Shown piece by piece: positions 26,806 through 39,800 of a stretch of DNA of 64,000 nucleotides (positions are counted from its first letter, which is position 1; each line of letters starts with the position of its first letter). Under the pieces are notes generated by a model, which saw nothing but the letters and a program-made list of their open reading frames with translations, searched no databases and had not been told where the DNA came from. A program made the translations under genes and the position numbers. The stretch is from Octopus vulgaris (Eukaryota): assembly GCA_951406725.2 (NCBI GenBank), contig OX597817.1, forward strand, positions 25,482,001 to 25,546,000. The letters are read 5' to 3'.

Positions 26806-27284
26806 TGTTGTATCTGGAGATACACTTACCGGTTCAATTTCCACTCTTCTATTTATTCCAGAAAGATTTTTCGTTGGCGTATTTGCGACCTTATCGATAG
26901 ATTTTGACTGAGTGTCAGAGTAAATATCCATTGATACAGTCGAAAATACTGCGATGAAGAAGCTTCCTGGAATAAATAAATAAATAAATATATAAATAAA
27001 TGAGGAGAAATTGAACTGGTGAGTGTGTTGATATAACACACTCACCATGACTCTCCTCCCTAGACACAATAAAATTTGTATCAATACGCGAAATCAAATA
27101 AGGAATTTTGCAAACCAGATACAAAAGTGAAGTGTGTGTGTGTGTGTGTGTGTGTGGAGAATTATTCAATACTGCTAGTACGAGTGAAATAACAAAGCTG
27201 TTCTGAGGGTTTTTCCACGTTGCCCTTCCGACATGAGATTTTGTGAATTTATAGTTTCACCAGTTCCATAAGTAAATATACTTT

Positions 27285-27494
27285 TCTATATTCTAGGCAA
27301 AAGGCCCCAAATATTGGGGAAGGGGGCAGTCGATTAGATCGACTCTAGTACGCAACTGGCACTTAATTTATCGACCCCTAAATGATGAAATGTAAATTCG
27401 ACCTCGGTGGAATTTGAACTCAGAACGTAAAGCCAGACGAAATACCGCTAAGCATTTCGCCCGACGTGCTAACGTTTCGGCCAGCTCACCGCCT
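27285..27494 (-). mobile_element. SINE family C variant
   Basis: Reverse complement of the family C head and Meta-like block, with an alternative tail. Confidence 0.85.
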
Positions 27495-28084
27495 TTCAAT
27501 AAGAAAATATATTTGCAAGTTCAAAATTTACCGAGTGAAATTTGAATATTCTTGATATTTTGGCATAACGTTTGGTTTTTTTTTTTTTTTAGAATTACAC
27601 TCAACCGTGACAGATACATAGTTCAAAATTCTCTGCTGTTGATCTAAATATCCAGCTGCCTGAGACTGACGCCTCTATAAAAAGCAATAAAATGTGCAAC
27701 TACTTCTTTGTACTTTTCTTTCCTGAAGGTGTTTTATTTATTTAGTCGTTCAATCATGTTGCCTACAGAGACGTAGATCTGGCTGGCATTTTCAATATTA
27801 TCGAGAGTATATCTTATATTACACTTTTAATACTTTTTGATAGTTATATCTAAAAAAAAAAAATTAAAAATTTTTTTTAAATAAATAAATAAATAAATAA
27901 AATAATAATAAATAAATAAATAAAATAATAATAAATAAATAAATAAAATAATAATAATATATATATATATATTTAAAGATTTATAAGTATAAATTATTAA
28001 TTTAAATAATGTTTTAAATTTTAACTTTAATTTAAATATTTTAAATTTTGAATTTTATATTTTATATATTTTTTATTAATTAAT

Positions 28085-28243
28085 TTTATTTCTATGTACT
28101 GGTTTATGATTTTCACTGTTTGATTTGCCTAATAGTGGTTTTATCTCTAATTTAATATAATATATATATATATATATATTTATACTATAAAATTGGATTT
28201 AATCCTAAATCTAATTTTTCTCTGTAAGTGTGGATTTACTCCC

Positions 28244-28250
<7 letters not shown>
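28085..28250. mobile_element. Diverged half copy of the 9101-9358 element, opposite orientation
   Basis: AATAGTGGTTTTATCTC arm and TTTAATCCTAAATCT...GGATTTACTCCCTAATATT tail followed by (TA)n. Confidence 0.7.
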
Positions 28251-28324
<74 letters not shown>

Positions 28325-28989
28325 ATATATATGATATGAGAACTGAGTTACTGTACGCTGTAAGTAACTTTGCATAAATGTAGAGAGAAAAAAATATTAG
28401 TGAACGGATGTATGAAATATCTCGAAGCAACTCTCGATTATAACTTAGAAACATGCTAACGCTTGAATATCAAGCGTATATTTAAGTGGTAACATTAATA
28501 CACTTTACGTTAGAAGTCACATTGCAAACTCTACTTCGCACCACTGCATCTCAGTTATACAACCACCACCTCTCACTTGTTCCTTGCAGTTTCGTGTCCA
28601 TTTGAACTCAACGTATTTGGCTGCTCTCCTTCTCTCTCACATTTCCTCATAGAGTGCATTGTAATAAGTGTTCGTGGTAGTTTGTTGATTTCCATTATAC
28701 ATACACACACGCATAAATCCACATATAAATGCATATACATATACACAACATAAATACATACATACGTGTGCACACGGATGTTTGTAAGTATAGGCATAAC
28801 AAAAGTACTATTTCACGGAATAGACACATAAGGAAACCAGATATTATAAACATATGTAAGCTATGAAGAAACTAGGAGCTTTACAACATTCATATGAAAA
28901 ATGTTAATAAGATAAAGGAGGAGATAATAAATTCTTAGAAATTCGAAATATAAATGGAGATGCTTCACTTGTTTACCAAAAATTCACAA

Positions 28990-29600
28990 AAGTAAATTGA
29001 TGACTGTAGCTAAGATCAGCTGTGTGTATAGCCCCTCATCGAATGATCTAATATTATCATCCATTGTTGCAGACTCGACAGGTGACGTAAGTAATCTTCC
29101 AGAAAGCTGAAACCTTTTTCTGACACAAGGTAGAGTTTCATTAGAAACTACAGTGATATGACCAATGTTAGCCAAATTCTAAAACCAATACACTTTCGAC
29201 CTCATATCCACACAGATAAGCAATAACAGAATTTCACTTATCAGCTACTTTTATAATCATATTTTTATCCAATTTTAAATTACTCAGATGTGTCCATTGT
29301 TGTCTGGCAAAGTTGTATCGTCTTTGTCCTATTTCTGTTGTTCTAATTAAAAATTTCCAGTTATGTTCATAAAATTTGTCAACGACTACATTTCTAACCC
29401 TAGCCTTTTTTGCTTCGAAATTCTCTTTTGTTTCTTAACAAAACACTCATTATAATTTTCTTCTCAAAAGATACTTTTTTGCATGTATGAGTTTTGTATC
29501 GAATTCTGTAGTATCATCATTAATTTCCTGTATACCGAATCCTTTTTAAAATTAAACATAACATTTCCTTTGGTTTCGAAAATCTAACATGTTTTAACAT
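28990..29600 (-). mobile_element. Decayed Helitron PIF1 helicase C-terminal remnant
   Basis: IGHITVVSNETLPCVRKRFQLSGRL..SFDEGLY resembles IPRI..LPFxxKRxQFPVRL..FxHGQLY. Confidence 0.45.
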
Positions 29601-30099
29601 CCAAATGTTGCCGGAAAGATTATATTATCAGGTGAGTTATACTCTGATTCACCTGACATTCTTTAGAAGAGTGGCACGAAACTGTTAGCAAATAAGATAG
29701 TCCATACATAACGCAAATTCCACTGAATCAACATATGCATAATTGTGGAGGACTAACCTTAATTTTAATTTCCTCTGATTAGAAATTATGTGATTCCATA
29801 ACTGAAAAATCACGAATCTTTTCATCAAATATCATCTGAAATTATTTTGTAATCTGTTTTTAATTACTTAATTTTATAACCCGCCCTTATTACAAGCATG
29901 TTTACATTCACAATAAGGATTTCAGTAACAATATAGAAATGATCTCTATTTTATTATACAAAAGATTTCGAAATTACGCAAAAACATTTAATGATACTAT
30001 ATTTCGAAATTAGATGGGAAACCTTTGTGCATTTGCGACTTTTATTTTTCCCGTACGATATAGTCTGTTGATCTTTTATTATTATGATATATGTGTATG

Positions 30100-30139
<40 letters not shown>

Positions 30140-31117
30140 CACACGTACGTATGTATGTATGTACGTGTGTGAACTCATTGATAAGAAGCACAGGTATTCC
30201 ACAGAGTATCTTTAGTAAGATATATTTTCTTCAATTTATTCGATGTGACGCATGTAATCAATTATTAGATGAATACAGTTAAACCCTAATGCACAACAGC
30301 AGATAAGCGAAAAGTACTAAAAACATGGTGTATGTGTGAATGTATATACGTGTGTATAAATGTATGTGCATATATATGTGTGTTTGTGTGTGTGTGTTCG
30401 GCTGGTAACTAGCCTTGTTACTTTTACAATATTTTTTACTTGTAGGTTGCCATGGTTCATTTAGTATAATAGAAAAAATACTTGTTTTATTGAAGATGGT
30501 ACTAGGATTTCAAAGATTTACTTGGTAAAACAGACTGTGAGTCTCGCGTAAAGAACGATAATTTACACCTGAAAATTAATATAATTATAATAAGGATATC
30601 TCAGCTGTATTTTAATAGTGAAAATCGACATGTAACATAAATTTGAATTTTATTTTGTATATATGTAAGTCGGCTGTTTTAATTGATTTGTCATATAGTT
30701 CACATATAATTTCTATATAATTTCTTTTTAAGTTTAGGTGACTTTACGAGAGGTACTCACATACGTCAACATTTATGCATGACTCATGTGATGTGTGTAA
30801 ACCAGTGAAGCACTAAAGTACGTTATGTGCAGATCTAGGCAAGATTGCTCTAAGAATACAATCTGTTGCCTACGGTGCAAGTCTCTCCTCACCATACCAG
30901 GGATGTTTATCTAAGGAAAATTACGTCGATTTGGCCCGTAAAAGCTTGGCAGCAGTGCAATTACAGGTGTTGCGGTCTTTTTCCCTCTTCTACAACCAGA
31001 TTTAATATACTGCTTTGGGTAAATACCTTTTATTGTTCCATAGAAAATTAAAGGTGATAATAACTATGGTAAATCACGATTTTTTTATTATATACATGAT
31101 AATCCATATTCTCCAGT

Positions 31118-31313
31118 TGTACCAGGAGTCAAATGGCAACCTACTGAACAGAGAAATAAATAAAATAAATGCCCCCGTTTAAAGCCTAACCAGGCTCATG
31201 GGCGCGGTTTCCCGGTTTCTATGGCGTATATGTTCCCCAGCTGAACGGGACGCCAGTCCATCGCAGCGTTACTCATTTTTGCCAGCTGAGTGGACTGGAG
31301 CAACGTGAAATGA
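31118..31313 (-). mobile_element. SINE family F, 5'-truncated
   Basis: Reverse complement of ~34935-35127. Confidence 0.88.
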
Positions 31314-31710
31314 ACAAGTAAAATTTGAAATGATCGGTTGTATAAGCTTTCATGGCGCTAGATGTTATTCATTTACACATAGAACACGGTATTTCATCAA
31401 TTTCTATATTTTCTAATTGCTTATTCATTTCAGTGGATACATTTTCCATACCTTATTGAATGCCTGATATATTCTTGCTAAACTAAAAAATAGCAAATAT
31501 AACTACTATAACGGCTCTTTTAGAATTGCCTTTATATTTTTCTATAACTACACCTTTTTATCTTACAAATTGTTTTCCTTCCATTGATAGGTTTAATTAC
31601 TAACTTTATTAGCGATTGGGCTTAATAATATTTTTCTCTCTTTTGAGTTATAGATATTCTAAGAATATATTAAACAGACTTATTAGATTAGTAACATTCG
31701 CTGCCTTTCA

Positions 31711-31784
<74 letters not shown>

Positions 31785-31786
31785 AT

Positions 31787-32060
31787 AGTTAAGCCAAGCA
31801 TGAACAAAGAGAAAACACAACAACGCGAGGACGTGGAACAAGTATAGTGTTATTGGACGCTCAGGAAAGGAAAGAAAGAAGGAGGATTTTAACGTTTCAA
31901 GCAGATCTCTTCGTCAGAAACATAGAAAAGGGAAAGGTCCAAGGAAGGAAAGACGGAGTAAGAAAATCGCCAACGATACATACGTGGTCACATATTGAAA
32001 TGACCGGAAGGGAATGGGTGAAGAAGAAGTTCTTTCAAAGACAGGAGAATGCAAGAGAAG
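31787..32060 (-). mobile_element. Family D element with intact hammerhead core
   Basis: Minus strand TTT-CTGACGA-A-GAGATCTGCTT-GAAA-CGTT-AAA (31888-31920); abuts (TA)n. Confidence 0.75.
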
Positions 32061-34187
32061 GAGGTATGTGTGTGTATGTGTGAGTGTGTGCGTGTGTGCA
32101 GGTCTGTGCGTCTGTGTAATGATAGCACGTGTGTGTGTACACTGTATACATCAATTTGTTTCATATATATATATGAAAGAAAATGTATAGTGCTCAAATG
32201 TATTACAAATATGCCAAATAACAAACAAATGTCTCATTCATCAAAAGATTGTGTGTGTGCATATGTGTGTGTGTATGTGAGAGAGAGAGAGAGACAGAGA
32301 GTTTAATACAATGATGCATGCCATGACAATGCAATAATTAGGATGATATAGTGATATTAAAAATTAATCACTGTTAGTGAACATCCGTATTCGGCTTAGT
32401 ACCGAATATGGAAGTTGGTTATATAGGCATGCTTATCCATGTTCGACATCGGAGATAGCTGTTTGTGATTTTCCTGGGTAATAAACTGTCTTCCAACAGA
32501 TCCATTCTCCTGAATCGAGCCAATTCATCACAACAGCATAGGCAGCATACTGATATTATTTTATAGAGTAGCATATTTTGTGCTGAGCATTTCTTTTAGT
32601 CACATACGAGGAAAGTGCATGAATATAATCTAATGCTTTACGTTAAGATACTCTTAATTAGAACGTAATGGCATCATATCAGCTGATTTATTTTCAAACC
32701 CATACCGTCAAACTGAGTTGAATTCAAAACTGTAAGGAAAATTTGAGTTTTCTAAGAATACTAATACCAGGAAATATGTTGCTTAACCTTCCTATTCATG
32801 TAATATATTTTTTATCATTGTTTAGTCTCCACCCAAGACCGTTCAATTATCTTGTAATTTTTGGACTTGATTTCATTCGGAGTTCAAGTTAAGACTGCCG
32901 ATGTCATCTTTGTTCGTCATCGTTTCCAGGTCGTTAAAAAATACCAATTCAGAGAGGGAATTAGTGAAAGGTTCAGAGGATTGGAGAAGTGGTACTGGTT
33001 CCGACTGTTGGCCTTCTGACAACAGTTATTGCGATGACACCAATGCCAGCCTATAGTGAGTCGATTCAGTGGGCATTTCCTCAGATAAACATCAGTGTCA
33101 TGAAGAAGAGGAACCTACATGCATGAGATACAGCTAGTTTTAAAAAAAGAACTTTGCCCAGACCTGTACAAAAATGTACAGAAGAATAGCCAACGGACTA
33201 TTTTATTGGTCAACAGATCAATAAAAAATGCATAAAGTCACATAAATCAGGTAATATGTGACTAAACTACTTTCGATCGCTACATCTGCGGACAACTATT
33301 AATGGGACGTTGCAGTTCTTTTTCTTTTAATTTTTGTTGGTGTAACTTATAAGATGCGCATAACATATTTACTTCCAGTAGAATACAATAAATTTCTTGA
33401 AATTCTCTTTCAAATGTTCGGATTGTTTTTATTGTTGCCATACAATAAATGCAGTATTAATCTAGTGCTTTTGTAGTCCTATAGTTTCCCTTAAGGGTCT
33501 TCATCTTTATATATGAAAGACAAATTTACACAATCGTATCCTATATATATATATGTTTAGTTGTCATTTCGAAAGATGGTGTAAAACACAAATAAGTGCT
33601 AAACCCAAATCTTCTAACTAACTTCACTTTTCAAATGCTTCTATCTAATATTGGGAGGGACTTTCTTGATTGCTTTACAAACCATGCTACATTCATGTCT
33701 ATTTGAAAATTAAATTTTAGCTGATGCATAGGTAGTCTGAATCAATAAATTAGATTAACATAATTCAATTGTATTTCACACAAAATGTTGTTCAACAGTG
33801 TTTCATATTCTTAAGGGGCCCAGTTATGTGGACCTCAAAACTATAGATATCTCCCTTGCATTTACCTTGCCAAGCTCAAGGATATCCTCAGAAATATCAA
33901 AATGTCAGAAATATATACACGTATGTAAGTATGCTTGTGTGCGAGTTTATGTGTATAAACGTATTGAATACATCTACAAACAGAATTAAGCTTAATTATT
34001 AATCCCTTCCAATCTCACTATTTTTTCCCTGTATCTGTGTGTATGTACAGATACAGGGAAGAAAGAATATGTAAGGCGACGACGATATATATATATATAT
34101 ATATATATATTCACACACACACATACACATATGCATATATATACATAAATATATATATATATATATTCACACACACGCATACACACA

Positions 34188-34236
<49 letters not shown>

Positions 34237-34831
34237 ACATACATATGTTTGTGTGTGTGTGTGTGTGTTTATGTGTGTGTGTATCAGCCTCATAAATGAA
34301 CGTTGGTTTTTAAGAGAACAAAACAAATATACTAGAAATGAAATCGAAAACAAATATTTATTCAAGAAAAACAATAGAATATTCTATGCGGGAAGATATC
34401 TTACTGCTGTTTAATTATTTATCTCTGCGTTGTGTTACAGTTATCTAAGTATCACGTGTTACTTAAATTCTTATCAGTAACAAATAGTCATTGAGTATTT
34501 CTATCTTGGAATATATCGATGTTCAGTGCATTTCTAACATATGTCACCTAAAGGTGAGCAAGTATATAATGAAATACAATAATCTGCACTAAATTTCAAA
34601 ACTTCAATATTTTGTGTAACTGATTGTTGCATATTGTAATGTGGAGCAGTAAATCTCATATGATATTGATTCATAGAATCGCCAGTGGAGATTTAGTCTC
34701 TAAGGTATGTAATTAGAGCAAGTTAGTCTTTTAAGGTCTACCTTCTTCAAAGTTTAGCCACACGTGAAGTTTAACATTTTAATCTAACAAGCTTGATCCA
34801 AAATTTACTATGCTGCTTCTAGGTTCAGTGT

Positions 34832-35127
34832 GGAGGCGCGTGGCTTAGTGGTTAGGGTGTCAGCACCATGATCGGAAGATTGTGGTTTCGATTCCTGGAC
34901 CGGGTGACGCGTTGTGTTCTTGAGCAAAACACTTCATTTCACGTTGCTCCAGTCCACTCAGCAGGCAAAAATGAGTAACGCTGCGATGGACTGGCATCCC
35001 GTCCAGCTGGGGAACATATACGCCATAGAAACCGGGAAACCGCGCCCATGAGCCTGGTTAGGCTTTAAACGGGAGCATTTATTTTATTTATTTCTCTGTT
35101 CAGTAGGTTGCCATTTGACTCCTGGTA
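34832..35127 (+). mobile_element. SINE family F (tRNA head, CORE-like block, V-domain-like block)
   Basis: A box TGGCTTAGTGG, B box GTTTCGATTCC, GTTCTTGAGCAAAACACTT, CTGCGATGGACTGGCATCCCGTCCAG. Confidence 0.88.
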
Positions 35128-35138
35128 TAGTATAGACA

Positions 35139-35294
35139 CAGGTGTGGCTGTGAGATAAGAAGCTTGCTCCCAACTACATATTTCTGGGTTCAGTCCCACT
35201 ACGTGGCACCTTGGGAAAATGTCTTCTACTATAGCCTGGGGCCGACCAATGCCTTGGGAGTGGATTTGGGACATGGAAAGCGAAAGAAGCGTCG

Positions 35295-35325
<31 letters not shown>

Positions 35326-35550
35326 ATCTATGTGTGTTTGTCTTTGTGTCTGTGTTTGTGCTCCCCACCACATGACAACAGCTATTGAAGTGTTTATATT
35401 CCTGTAACTTAGCGGCTAGGCAAAAAGGGTACAATAGAATAAGTACCGGGTATTAAAATTAAGTCCAGGAGTCAATTTGTTCGACCAGAACCCTTTAAGA
35501 CGGTGCCTCAGCATGGCCGCTGTATACTGACTGAAACAAGCAAAAGAAAA
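35139..35550 (+). mobile_element. SINE family B (older); a further decayed copy lies at ~35740-36025
   Basis: Colinear with 11736-12172. Confidence 0.82.
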
Positions 35551-36636
35551 CAGATATATACTTCATAATTTAAATTGTATTTCCGTGCTGTAGCTAAATC
35601 TAAGCCTTTGAACAGAAAGCACTGCAAACCTTGTGCAACAGAAACATACGAGAATATCTTAAATGGCTACCTTAATTCACAAGTAGTACAGCTTGAAACC
35701 AGAAACTTTTAATAACCTACAAATGTTATCACTAATGTTCCTGTGTTCAGTTTCAAGTGCCTTCCACTATACTCCCGGGCTGATCTTGTGAGCGGGTTAG
35801 GTAGAGGGAGACAAAACAAGAAGCTTGTATGTGTATGTATGTGTGTGTGTGTGTAATTGTTTTTGTGTATGTCCCTCACCACCTGTTGGCTTGTCCTCGT
35901 AACATAGCAGTTCGGCAAAAAGAGCCCGACAAAATAAGCATCAGGCTTAAAAAATACTATGGTCAACTTATTCTACTAAACTCTTCGAGTTGGTGACCCA
36001 GCATGGCTGCAGTCCAAAGACTGATTGCGATGTCTTAAGCGATCATTACATTCCTAGGTTAAATTCAGCTTTTCTATTATACATACACTCATTTACTGAT
36101 GAATGTACGTTCCACTCGACATTTAATTTAAGTGTATATTTTATTTCTAATTAGGCTTATTTTGTTATCTTAATTTATTTTAGCTTAGTTTTCTCGGACT
36201 TGTATTTTCTTATTTTCCGTTTAAACGTTACTCACCTTTATCTGAAATACTTAAATGTCTAATTACACTGATCAACATAACGAATTTTTTGAAATGGTGT
36301 CGAGACACCAAACATATTTTTTTTAGGTAATTTGAGGGCGTTGAATCTGGAATTGGCCTTAGTTTTTCTTGGTTAGCTACCGTTTTTGCTGTACAGAAAT
36401 AGCTCAATTTTTGCAAAAAAATTTGTTTTATGCTTTTTATTATTACGATAATAGTCGTCATGACTATTAATTTGCATTTTACACACCTGAATAGTAATTC
36501 AACAGACATCGTCGATTTTCATCTTTGCGCACTAAAGCTGTGCTAGTTATAGAATTTCTTACATTAGTTTTAGGTTTAAACATCTGCATACTTAGATTAG
36601 ATTTATAAAGTATCTTACATATTTAAGCATTAAGTA

Positions 36637-37050
36637 TGTAACAGGATGAAAGGTATGTAACTCTAGATGGGTTAAATTAAAATATTAATCGAAGGAAAGA
36701 GTCAAGACTTCCGATTAACTTCAACAGCATAAATATTTTATTTCTTGATCCGCAATATATACATTTCTTCTTTCAGGGCGAATCGGCAGACTGGGAGCTC
36801 ATCGCGGTAGTCAAGTGGAGTGAGCCAAATCCTGTCCGTTCAAGCGTAGTGTAGCAACGCCACGAAGTGACAGCTTGAGAGAGCTGCTAAAACACGACCG
36901 TCCTGTTCGGCTGTCAGCGTTCGAGAGGCCGATACGAGAGAAATTTCGCTGCTGCTAGTTTTCTGCGCATGAGGGATCTTCAGGCAGGCCTCCCGGGAGA
37001 ATCCAACTCTGCGCATGCGTGCAAGAGATTTCCAAGATGGCGTCACTACA
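36637..37050 (-). mobile_element. Solo LTR, probably Gypsy-type
   Basis: TGTA...TACA termini, 4-bp TSD AGTA (36633-36636 and 37051-37054), GC-rich U3-like half, minus-strand AATAAA near 36740. Confidence 0.7.
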
Positions 37051-38126
37051 AGTAGTTATGGGAATACCACAGACCATTATCGTTAAAATTTAGCATACAT
37101 TTCTTAATTCCCTTTCATTTGGTGGCAGCATTCATTTTTTTCTTTTTACCTGCTACATGTGAATGAATTATAACACTATTGCAGTTCATACAACACAGGT
37201 TGTATGAACCTTGGATGAACATATTTTCAGTTGGAAAATCTTGGAAGGGAAATTATATATAGCGAGGTCATTAAAAAGCTAACAAAAGATCCCACCGGAT
37301 TTGAACAAATTTGAGACTCCTTATTTTTATAAATATTTTTCAAATATTTCATAAGTACCACTGAGCCAAGATATTTAGCACATTTCTTGAGTACTCTTAT
37401 CTATTATATCATTATCAACTTACACTTATAAAATATTTCCCAATAATGAAATAAACAAAATTTATGCAACAATGATGTCTGTAAATATAAAGAGATTAAA
37501 TGGAGAAATTTTTTTTAAAAATTGTTATTAAAAATAGACATATAAAAATAGTTGAAAAGATATTTGTGACTATCGATGAATTTGTTGGTTCATTTCAAAT
37601 CTGACAATATGTTAGTGTTGTCTATTGAATTTCAAAGTGTTTTACAATCAGTACAATGCATATTTTTTCCGCTAAATTCTTCCAATACAAAGAAAGCCGT
37701 CTTTTTTTAAAAGAATATAGGAAATATAAGAAAGCATGCTTATATATGAATGTGTGTGTGTGTGTGTGTAGACTTACGTTCTGTGTTACCAAGTTTATGT
37801 GGCAAAACGCAAAGATTCGGTGCATTTCACTTCCTCCACACTCTCTTTGTCTCTGTCTACCCTGTCTCTGTTCGTCTGTCTGTCTGTCTGTCTGTCTCGC
37901 TCTCGCTCTCTCTCTCTCTTTCCCACTTTCTCTTTCCCTCTTTGTTTTTCTATCCATTTATTTTTTTCTGCTTTAGAAAACAACGGACTTTCATAGATAA
38001 ATTTATCTATTTAATATTGAAATCTTGAGTTCTAAATTTAGACCATACATATAATTCGAAACGATTATTATCATTCTTCTTCTTCTTCTTCTTCTTCTTC
38101 TTCTTCTTCTTCTTCTTCTACGTATG

Positions 38127-38183
<57 letters not shown>

Positions 38184-38204
38184 GTTGTTGTTATTATTAT
38201 TATT

Positions 38205-39449
38205 GTCTTTGCACAGTTTCTAAATCCTAGAGATGTACTACGGTGCCAGCTGTTCACTACCAGTGAACTAATGTAACATCCATATTTTTCGAGCACTATC
38301 CGGAGTATTCGAGCGGTTCCAAAAAGTGCTGTTTTCTGCAAGTGCTCCACCCTTATTGCAGCCCCTATTTGTTCCATGTACTTCTCAAGATTTTTACTCC
38401 CTGTTCCCAGAGCTCCGACAATTATTGGTACTACTACCACCTTTTTCAGCGACCACAGCTGCTTAACCTCCCAAGCAAACCAGTAATATCTATCGACTTT
38501 TCTTTCTTCATTATCGCATACCTTGTTGTCAGCTGGGCATGCTATATCTATGATCCAGCATCGTTTGCTTGCTTTCTCAATTAATACTATGTTTAGCTTC
38601 CTATTTTCTATCTCATGGTCACACTGAATCATATAATCCCATAGAATCTTTGCATTATCATTTTCGATGGTGCCTTCGGATTTATGTACGCAACACTGTT
38701 TTAGCTCTGCCAAGTCCATATTTGGTGCAAAGTGTCCAATTGAAAAGCCAGGCTATATTGTCATAACGTCTCTTACATTTTTTCTGGGCTAGTAGCGTAC
38801 ATTGACTGGTAATATGCCATAAGGTTTCACCATTTTGTCCACAATTTCTGCACTTATCACTTTCTCAAGTATTATCTATTCTGTATTTCTTGCAATTCGT
38901 TCTTAGTGCTTGCTCTTGGCCAGCACAGATTAGAGCCTCCGTTTCCGGTTTTAAATCACTTTTAGTCATCCATAGCCATCTTTTTACTCTGTCTGTCTTA
39001 TATCCAACATCCCTATGAAATTGTCCATTCATTCTTTTCTTTATTCACCTATTTTCAGTTTCATTCCATCTCAAATGCGCGTACAGTGCTTTATTTATGC
39101 AATCGTCCATCCTACACAAGCCTGACCTTCTTACTTCCAAAAATAGTGGTTCTGTGGCATTTTTTACATACCATGCTATGTTGTTTTCTTCAGCTCTAGT
39201 GTTGTATTCCAATCCAATCAGTCCTCTTCCCACCTTCTTTCTTGGTACATATAGCCTGTCTGTGTAACTTTTTGGTAGAGTATCCCATATCTAGTTAGCA
39301 ACTTTCTTGTCTTTCTGCCCAAGCCGTTTAGTTCGTCTACTGTCCATGCGATTACCCTTGCTCTATATCTAAGGAGTGAAACCACCCAGGTATTGATAGC
39401 TTCAATCTTATTACGTCCATTTAATTTCGACTTAAGCATTAGTCTCAGT
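38205..39449 (-). mobile_element. 5'-truncated R4/Dong-clade non-LTR retrotransposon (post-RT region, CCHC knuckle, RLE endonuclease)
   Basis: LKSKLNGRNKIEAINTW; CRNCGQNGETLWHITSQC; KILWDYMIQCDHEIENRKLNIVLI..CWIIDIACP..PIIVGALG..LQKTALFGTARILR; 3' end runs into (TAA)n; frameshifted. Confidence 0.9.
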
Positions 39450-39560
39450 GACTTTGCCTTTCATCCTTTCGGGGTCGATAAATTAAGAAACAGCAAAATT
39501 CTATGGTTGATGTAACCGACTAGTTTACTTCCACAAAACTTAAGGCCTTGTGCCTATAAT
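39450..39560 (+). mobile_element. SINE family C 3' fragment
   Basis: GACTTTGCCTTTCATCCTTTCGGGGTCGATAAATTAAG. Confidence 0.75.
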
Positions 39561-39600
39561 AATAGTAATGATGATGATTATGATGATGATGATGATGATG

Positions 39601-39668
<68 letters not shown>

Positions 39669-39696
39669 AAGAAGAAGAAGAAGAAGAACTATTATT

Positions 39697-39734
<38 letters not shown>

Positions 39735-39800
39735 TATTATTACTATTATTATTATTGCTGCTGCTGCTATTACTTCCACTTTTAATACTACTACTTCTTC
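39556..39800. repeat. Compound trinucleotide array (ATG)(ATA)(AGA)(ATC)(ATT)
   Basis: Directly visible. Confidence 0.95.

Noticed and set aside
33000-33500. piggyBac-like Cys-rich terminus near CCCTTAAGGG
   Set aside because: No paired TIR or clear reading frame
36850-37050. Separate 201-bp element with 13-bp TIRs
   Set aside because: The longer 36637-37050 boundary gives a perfect TSD and includes a polyadenylation signal
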